A stretch of DNA of 33,767 bases from Candidatus Caldarchaeum sp. (GTDB lineage Archaea > Thermoproteota > Nitrososphaeria_A > Caldarchaeales > Caldarchaeaceae). A model generated the notes under the pieces. The model worked only from the letters and a program-made list of their open reading frames with translations, did no database searches and was not told where the DNA came from. Both the position numbers and the translations under genes were made by a program. Shown here piece by piece: positions 27,754 to 33,767 of the stretch (position 1 is its first letter; every line of letters starts with the position of its first letter). The stretch lies in contig JAVZZH010000006.1 of the NCBI GenBank assembly GCA_038885755.1, positions 1-33,767 on the forward strand, read 5' to 3'.

Positions 27754-28589
27754 GGTCTCACCAGCAGAACGGCGGTCATGATCAAGAATATCAAGAGGAT
27801 GTCAACCTCTGGAGTGTAGAGGACGAGCATGCTCTCCAACACACCTATGAGAAGCGAGCATACAAACGCTCCAAACAGGTTGCCGAGGCCGGCGATAACG
27901 ACTATTACGAACGCCGTTATTATCAGAGAATCTCCAAGGCCCGGCGCCACAGGCGTGAAGGCTACCATAGTGGCGCCTCCCAAACCAGCCAGCAGGCTTC
28001 CGATGAAATACGTGGCCGTAAAGATTCTTCGAGTGTTTATCCGAAGGGATTCGGCGCTGTAGATATCACGCCACGTTGCCCTAACCTTCAACCCCCAAAA
28101 AGTCTTCTCGATAAGATAGTAGAGGAGGAAAAGCGATGCTATTGACAAGCCTATCACTAAGAAGTAGAAGATTGGAAAAGGTCTTGCCCCGATAAATATT
28201 GCGGTAGATAACTCCCTCGGCAGAGGTATAGACCGGGATTGAGCTCCCCAGATAAACTTGGTCAAATCGTTTATTATGAGGGTTAGAGCGAAGGTCATGA
28301 GAAGCTGGTAAATACCCTCGATACGGTAAAGGGGTCTGAGCAGTGAAATCTCGCTCACCGCGCTCACGAGGCCCACCACCAACGCCGAGATGAGAACGGT
28401 GGCCATGAAGTTGGCTGTGAGCCCGTAGATTGTTAACGCCACATATCCGCCCAAAACGAAAAAAGCGGCGTGCGCGAAATTAACCACCCGCGTCACCCCA
28501 AAAATCAACGTCAAGCCTGAGGCGATCAACCAGTAGTATGACGCCCTAAATATACCTGTAAACAACTGGTATAGGATTGTTTCCAACAT
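27729..28589 (-). CDS. livH: Liv-type ABC transporter permease
   Basis: LIASGLTLIFGVTRVVNFAH, AFVIVVIAGLG and VRPWGIFG motifs. Confidence 0.9.
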   Translation of the reverse strand: MLETILYQLFTGIFRASYYWLIASGLTLIFGVTRVVNFAHAAFFVLGGYVALTIYGLTANFMATVLISALVVGLVSAVSEISLLRPLYRIEGIYQLLMTFALTLIINDLTKFIWGAQSRSIPLPRELSTAIFIGARPFPIFYFLVIGLSIASLFLLYYLIEKTFWGLKVRATWRDIYSAESLRINTRRIFTATYFIGSLLAGLGGATMVAFTPVAPGLGDSLIITAFVIVVIAGLGNLFGAFVCSLLIGVLESMLVLYTPEVDILLIFLIMTAVLLVRPWGIFGER

Positions 28590-28611
28590 TTGAATGAAAA
28601 AAGTTAGGGGT

Positions 28612-29964
28612 TTAGGTGAACGGCGGATGCCTGTAGTATTCCCATGCAGACCTTGTCACGATGTTTGTGAGCTGTGGAATCTCGCCGCCAGCCTGCGTCA
28701 CCTTACCATACGGTACGTCGTATAATGCTTGGTGGTCTTCAGGCCTTATCCACCTGACTCCAGCGGGCGAGACAATAACACGGTCCTCTATGCTTTTAAC
28801 CAACGTGTCTACGTCGAAGGTGCCGGTGGACTCGAGAACCGACTTTATCAGGTAGATGGCTGTGTAAGTGGTTTCGGCCGAGTATGGGGGATACTTGCCC
28901 CATCTTTTCCTGAACGCCTCCACAAACCTTTTGTTCACGTCTGTATTCGGGTAAAACCATACGTATCTTCCTGAAATCCATGTGCCGTGCTTTGCTGTTG
29001 GATATTCTGCGCCGAGCTCGTATGCGACATCCATGGAATAGCCCATCGGGTTGATGACCGCCTGAAGCTTATCGTAAGCTCCTAAGCTTTTCATCTGCTT
29101 GTGCATTGTCACGGCTTCGAGAGCCCAGTTCGCTGAGAAAACGCCTTCAGCGTCAGCTGCTAACACTGCTGAGATGAACGGGCCGAAATCCGTCGTTCCG
29201 GGGCTTCTGTTAAACTGCTCTGCGACAAACTCGACATCTGGCCTGAGGGATGAGAGCGTTTTCTTGAAAAATTCCCACGAAACTCTACCGTATTCATAGT
29301 CTGGGTTTATTCCGGCCCATTTCTTGACCGGAAGGTTGCTCGCGACATACGCGGAGAGTATTCCATCTTGGTAGACTGGAACGGAGACCCTGAATATGTT
29401 TTTGATTTTCTGCTGGTAGACGAGTTCTTCAGTGAGCCTGTGTGTGGCGGCATGGGTTACTATCATTATTTTGTTCAGCTCCTGCGTAATGGGCCCAACC
29501 CTCATTACGTTGCCGCTCGAGTCAACGCCCACAAGGAAATCAACCTTCTCAGCCTCCACAAGCTCTCTAGCCTGCTTAACCACGTCAGCAGCCTCATCCC
29601 TTATCGACAGCTCGATCCTACTGCCTAGAATTCCTCCTGCGGAGTTAATCTCTTCGGCGGCAAGCCTCGCACCCTGTTCGATGAACGTGCCGTATGTTGC
29701 CCAAGGCCCGCTCCTTATCCCGAGAACCCCTATCTTGACAACGTCTCTGGGAAGCTTTTTAACCGGAGTCACCTCTTTAGTAACCTCCCTAGTAACCGTT
29801 AACGTTGTCTCCCTGCCAGGCCCCGTGACTGTAACTGTCTGCACCTTCTCTCTGACCTCAGGAGCTTTCAGAGACCAGCCGACACCGCCACCGACAGCAA
29901 GGCCAACAACCCCGGCGGCAACAGCTGACAGAAACCCTCGTCTAGATGCCTTGCTTTCTACCAT
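28612..29964 (-). CDS. Liv-type ABC substrate-binding protein with Tat-like anchor and Thr/Val-rich linker
   Basis: SRRGFL plus a TM segment, a T/V-rich stalk, KIGVL..SG, LA.EEIN.AGGILG and DYEYG. The substrate cannot be determined from sequence. Confidence 0.88.
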   Translation of the reverse strand: MVESKASRRGFLSAVAAGVVGLAVGGGVGWSLKAPEVREKVQTVTVTGPGRETTLTVTREVTKEVTPVKKLPRDVVKIGVLGIRSGPWATYGTFIEQGARLAAEEINSAGGILGSRIELSIRDEAADVVKQARELVEAEKVDFLVGVDSSGNVMRVGPITQELNKIMIVTHAATHRLTEELVYQQKIKNIFRVSVPVYQDGILSAYVASNLPVKKWAGINPDYEYGRVSWEFFKKTLSSLRPDVEFVAEQFNRSPGTTDFGPFISAVLAADAEGVFSANWALEAVTMHKQMKSLGAYDKLQAVINPMGYSMDVAYELGAEYPTAKHGTWISGRYVWFYPNTDVNKRFVEAFRKRWGKYPPYSAETTYTAIYLIKSVLESTGTFDVDTLVKSIEDRVIVSPAGVRWIRPEDHQALYDVPYGKVTQAGGEIPQLTNIVTRSAWEYYRHPPFT

Positions 29965-30029
29965 ATTTCTATAAAATCAATGGCGCTATTTATTTTTTAA
30001 ACGGAGGCACCAACACCACATTCTAACCT

Positions 30030-30470
30030 CATTGGCGAACGCTTTGAAGTTGTTGACCCTAGTTGTTTGAAGCTTTAGTGAGTGAAATGCTTTTTGAACT
30101 GCTTTGTCCATGATTCGCCTTTTTGGAAAGTAGAACAGATGCATTGTGCGGTGGCAGTCGCTTGAACCTATCTTAGGCAGTGGTTTTCCTTCAGCGGCAA
30201 TCTTTGACGACAGAGGACATTCGAGACCGACGCCGCTTTAACATGCTTTGCCTCAGGCAGCGATGTGATGTAGTCTATGTGCCAGCGTACCCGCTTATTC
30301 TTCCTAATATGACGCTCAACTCTTCTAATCAGATTTCTTCGTCCCGACCCAACGTAAACATAATACCCCTTCTCCAGCTTTCTGTATCCGAGGGCTCCGA
30401 TCTTCAGCCTTCTAGAGACGGGCAGATGGATTGCCAGCACGTATGTTCTTAAACTCGCAGCTAAGGACAA
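30030..30470 (-). pseudogene. Frameshifted DUF123 (GIY-YIG/Uri-type endonuclease) gene; left boundary approximate
   Basis: TYVL..IGALG...GYYVYVGS...R..RH...WHIDY is in one frame. The conserved C-terminal GLEC...KIGSSDCHRTMHLFYF is in another frame. Confidence 0.75.
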
Positions 30471-30494
30471 GGCATGAGGCGGAGAAACACGGGA

Positions 30495-32396
30495 TCATGA
30501 GGATACGCTTGAGAGTTTGATGAGCAGGACGGAGCGTGAGGGTATTTTGCCGGTGATGGTTTTTCCGTCGCTGGCCAACGCCGGGCCGTTGTAGTCTTGC
30601 ACAAAGTCCTCGGGATTTGCGGAGAACGGAGAGCTGTCTCTCCAGTTTTGCCGGCTGTCTCTCAGAAGACGGCTTATCATGGTTTTGCCTTCGAAATTCT
30701 CGATGGTTAGACGGAGGTCTGGTGTGTTGTTTTCCGACGCGTTGACTATGATTATGCTGATTTGTTTGCCGTCGCTTGTTTTGGTGGCTATGAGGGGTGT
30801 TGACGGGCCGCTGGCCGGCAGCGAAAGTCCCTGCCAGAGAGGATGGCTGAAAACCCGGTAGCTGTAGGGCGCTGTCCCTGACACGTCCAGCACCAGGTCG
30901 CCGAGGAATCGTTGGAAGTAGTAGTAGAGCCAGTAGACCATGGATCGCAGGTTTGGGTCTTCGTGGGTTAGTAGGCCGAAGGCCGGCTCCGTTGACGTGT
31001 TCCGCGTGAACATGGCCCATGTGGAGGCTCCTTCGACAAGCCCTTCACGCAGGTAGTAGACCAGCCTTACGGCCCGCTGGAGCACGCCGTAAGTGTTTCC
31101 ATTCCGTGGCTCGGAGTAGACGTTCCAGTCCCCTGCCTTCCGTGTTCCCGCAGCACCCCACTCCGTGTCGTAGTGATAGATGTGCTTGCCTTGGTTTTGG
31201 GGAAACTGTCCAGCCATCTCCAGCTGCATCGCCTGCACTTTCATCACGGCGTAGTTGTAGGCAAGTGTAAAATACTCCAGCATGTCGTCAGCAACGACGC
31301 CGTCGCTCCAGTTATAATAATGGCCCACCAGAAAATCGTAAAACCCGGCTGCCTTCTCCAACACCTTCTGAGTCCAAGCCTCGCGACGTGTAAAGTCTTC
31401 GACACCGTTCACCGACAGGCCTATCTGGGCGTGCGGCTGCACAGACTTTACCGCGGTGCTGACGTCTCTGAGATAACGGATGAACCGTTCAACACGTGTG
31501 TCGAGGCTGTCGCGGCTGTCTGCGAAGCCGTTCAGCACAAACCCCGTCTCCTTCTCGACGATGGGGAGGTAAACCTCGTTGCCCACCTCCCACATACGGA
31601 AACGATGCCCCTTATCCATGGAGTATCTGACGAGCTCAGCCCAGAACCCGGGCCTCGGGTATATTGTATCCTTGTCTTGCTGGGTTGTGTAAAGCTGGAT
31701 GCCCAGGACTATGTTCTCCTGAGGGATGTTCAGCCTGTCCGCTAGGCTGGACCAGATGTCCAACGCCTGTTTGGCGTCGAACTGAACATACCAGTTTTCC
31801 GCAGCCTTTCCAGCATGCTTCCACCGGTCGTACATGGCAAGCTCGTGGACACGTGTCATCCTCAGCCCCAGGCCACGGACCGCTGGCTCAAAGTCTCCGC
31901 ATGGATGGTTGTCCAGCCTGTAGCTACCGTGTCTGTCCACGGGAAGCCCAGCCCTACACCGGCCCTCGGTCCTCCACCCCGCATCACCGTCCCCCACATG
32001 AAAGAACGAAACCCCGAGAACACGTCTGTTAACCTCCCTCAGCACGCGGCCAGCGTCAACAACCACGTCCAAGAGACGGCCGGGAACCAGGCGATGATTC
32101 AGACCGGTGCTCCAAGCCTCCGAGACAACAGTCAACCGCTGTGTGACGGTTGACGTATGGGTTTGAGGCGAAACCGACGTAACGGTCTTCGTCGACAGCG
32201 CTGTCAGGGTTACAGTACCCCGTTCGGTCACGGTTTCGACCAATGTCCGCTGCATCGTAGTCATGTTTTCCCGCGGCTCCAGCCTGCCTGTCAGATAACC
32301 GCCTAGGCCGGAGGCAACAGCCGCTGCAGCCGCCGCGCTGACAGCCCTGACACCCGCAGCAGCTAGAAAACCCCTTCTATTCAACGCGTCAGCCAT
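30495..32396 (-). CDS. Tat-exported, probably membrane-anchored glycoside hydrolase, clan GH-A (GH79/51/39-like)
   Basis: MADALNRRGFL Tat motif (true start likely 32396), a Thr-rich linker, WEVGNEVY (acid/base), H.Y, YDTEWG (nucleophile) and a C-terminal beta-sandwich (IVN...IPSRSV). Confidence 0.8.
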   Translation of the reverse strand: MADALNRRGFLAAAGVRAVSAAAAAAVASGLGGYLTGRLEPRENMTTMQRTLVETVTERGTVTLTALSTKTVTSVSPQTHTSTVTQRLTVVSEAWSTGLNHRLVPGRLLDVVVDAGRVLREVNRRVLGVSFFHVGDGDAGWRTEGRCRAGLPVDRHGSYRLDNHPCGDFEPAVRGLGLRMTRVHELAMYDRWKHAGKAAENWYVQFDAKQALDIWSSLADRLNIPQENIVLGIQLYTTQQDKDTIYPRPGFWAELVRYSMDKGHRFRMWEVGNEVYLPIVEKETGFVLNGFADSRDSLDTRVERFIRYLRDVSTAVKSVQPHAQIGLSVNGVEDFTRREAWTQKVLEKAAGFYDFLVGHYYNWSDGVVADDMLEYFTLAYNYAVMKVQAMQLEMAGQFPQNQGKHIYHYDTEWGAAGTRKAGDWNVYSEPRNGNTYGVLQRAVRLVYYLREGLVEGASTWAMFTRNTSTEPAFGLLTHEDPNLRSMVYWLYYYFQRFLGDLVLDVSGTAPYSYRVFSHPLWQGLSLPASGPSTPLIATKTSDGKQISIIIVNASENNTPDLRLTIENFEGKTMISRLLRDSRQNWRDSSPFSANPEDFVQDYNGPALASDGKTITGKIPSRSVLLIKLSSVSS

Positions 32397-32627
32397 ACAC
32401 CCACTGGAAAACATCCAGAAATTTATTTCCACACAACAGAACAGAACAACGCTTAATACGCCATAATTCGGCACAACCGGGTTTAAACCACTTAAAGCGT
32501 ATGGCGTAAGCATTCAACTATACAGAGGCCCTAGACGGGATTATCCAAACAAGGCAGACCTGCTTTGATGAATCTAGTAAGGTTTTAGAAACTACGGGAA
32601 ACCTTACTGCTCACGAGCCCCAGAGAG

Positions 32628-32921
32628 GTGGCTTATGTCGCACTACGGCTTTATCTTATCGGATTACTCGACATCATTGCTGCTTTAGCAGGTTTTGTGA
32701 GAGGTGGACTGGTTGCTTTTTCCCTGCTGCTGCTCGGCATCGTAATCTGTCTAGGCACTCTAGCATACTACCCAGCACTTTCGCCAAGTGCCGGCATGAT
32801 GGTCAGCATCCTGTTCCATCGGAAAAGATTCCAGCCCTTACAACCGTGTTGCTCGGCGGCATCCCTCCAATCCAGTCCATCGCTGTTCTCGTTGTTCCGC
32901 TCTTCACCTCTCCACCGTTAG
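32628..32921 (+). CDS. Possible small membrane protein or remnant
   Basis: Two hydrophobic segments in the N-terminal half; the C-terminal half looks non-protein-like. Confidence 0.3.
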   Translation: MAYVALRLYLIGLLDIIAALAGFVRGGLVAFSLLLLGIVICLGTLAYYPALSPSAGMMVSILFHRKRFQPLQPCCSAASLQSSPSLFSLFRSSPLHR

Positions 32922-32967
32922 CCCTAGTTTTGGCATCCGCGGGGCTGTATGTCCAACTGCGGAAGAG

Positions 32968-33767
32968 CTAGACGCTTAATGCTTCTTCCATCTCTCTTCC
33001 CAAGATTAGCTTGATTCCGTGTTTCTCGGTTTCTGTCCTGAGCTTCTCTACTAGGTTTTCAGGTGCTACGCCGACGGACAACACCACCATGAATGGTTTT
33101 TTACGGTGTTTTGACGACACTGCTTCAGCCCTCTCCAGTAGCTTGGCTATCTCTTTATTCATTTCCTCCTCGTCTCTGAGCCTGCTGGTCACCTCTCCAA
33201 CTACCAGTGGTTCTTCGCAGAACATGTCTATCTCAAGGACTTCGCCGTTCTTGAGAACATATCCCCTGCCAACCCTAGCTTCCGGATACCCCAGCTCTTC
33301 AAGGAGGACCTGTACGTAAGCGTTGGCGTGCATCTCGTAGGTTACTCCTAGAGCGGAGCCGAGCTCGGCGAAACCCCTCGAAACCCTTCTGTCCAACCTC
33401 TCATAAGCCCTCCTCAAATCTCTAACCTCCTCCCACAACCTCCTCTGCCCTTCCCAAAGCTTCTCCTGACCTTCCCATAGCTTGTTCTGTCCTTCCCAAA
33501 GCTTCTCCTGACCTTCCCTCAAGCTTCTAACCTCCTCCCAAAGCCTGTTCTGGTTCTCCCATAGCTTGTTCTGTCCTTCCCAAAGCTTCTCCTGACCTTC
33601 CCTCAAGCTTCTAACCTCCTCCCAAAGCCTGTTCTGGTTCTCCCATAGCTTGTTCTGTCCTTCCCAAAGCTTCTCCTGACCTTCCCTCAAGCTTCTAACC
33701 TCCTCCCAAAGCCTGTTCTGGTTCTCCCATAGCTTGTTCTGTCCTTCCCAAAGCTTCTCCTGACCTT
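32968..33767 (-). CDS. Heptad-repeat coiled-coil protein with C-terminal PD-(D/E)XK-like domain (DUF3782/DUF1626-like); 5' end outside the window
   Basis: LWEGQxK-type heptads followed by LG...E..A...EID....VGEVT. Confidence 0.75.
   Translation of the reverse strand, partial: GQEKLWEGQNKLWENQNRLWEEVRSLREGQEKLWEGQNKLWENQNRLWEEVRSLREGQEKLWEGQNKLWENQNRLWEEVRSLREGQEKLWEGQNKLWEGQEKLWEGQRRLWEEVRDLRRAYERLDRRVSRGFAELGSALGVTYEMHANAYVQVLLEELGYPEARVGRGYVLKNGEVLEIDMFCEEPLVVGEVTSRLRDEEEMNKEIAKLLERAEAVSSKHRKKPFMVVLSVGVAPENLVEKLRTETEKHGIKLILGREMEEALSV
33420..33767. repeat. Coding tandem repeat: 84-bp unit made of four 21-bp heptad subunits
   Basis: Identical units start at 33525, 33609 and 33693 (the last truncated by the window end); more variable heptads continue down to about 33420. 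Confidence 0.95.

Noticed and set aside
32397-32513. 39-aa N-terminal extension of the glycoside hydrolase in the ORF track
   Set aside because: The Tat motif directly follows the ATG at 32396, and the extension looks like AT-rich promoter sequence.

Overview
This is an archaeal window; the gene content, leaderless TATA promoters and GC-rich tRNA suggest a thermophilic Thermoproteota/Aigarchaeota-like host (inference). From left to right it holds split glutamate-synthase-like genes, a ttrBCA(+chaperone) molybdoenzyme operon, and a tRNA-Gly-like gene with a non-canonical anticodon loop. Next come a CRISPR array (38 clear repeats plus a cryptic 39th that encodes the last codons and stop of csa1) and a convergent type III-B operon (cmr4-5-1-6-2-3) ending in csa1. 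No cas1, cas2, cas6 or CARF effector is recognisable in the window. A five-gene Zn-ribbon/SPFH membrane module lies directly upstream of cmr4. A decaying region follows, with an internally deleted copy of a downstream glycoside hydrolase, a nucleoside hydrolase pseudogene and a frameshifted DUF123 gene, around a small basic protein and a Liv-type ABC transporter. The window ends with a Tat-exported GH-A clan glycoside hydrolase and a coiled-coil/PD-(D/E)XK-like gene running off the end in an 84-bp tandem repeat. Family calls come from motif recognition only; no searches were run.
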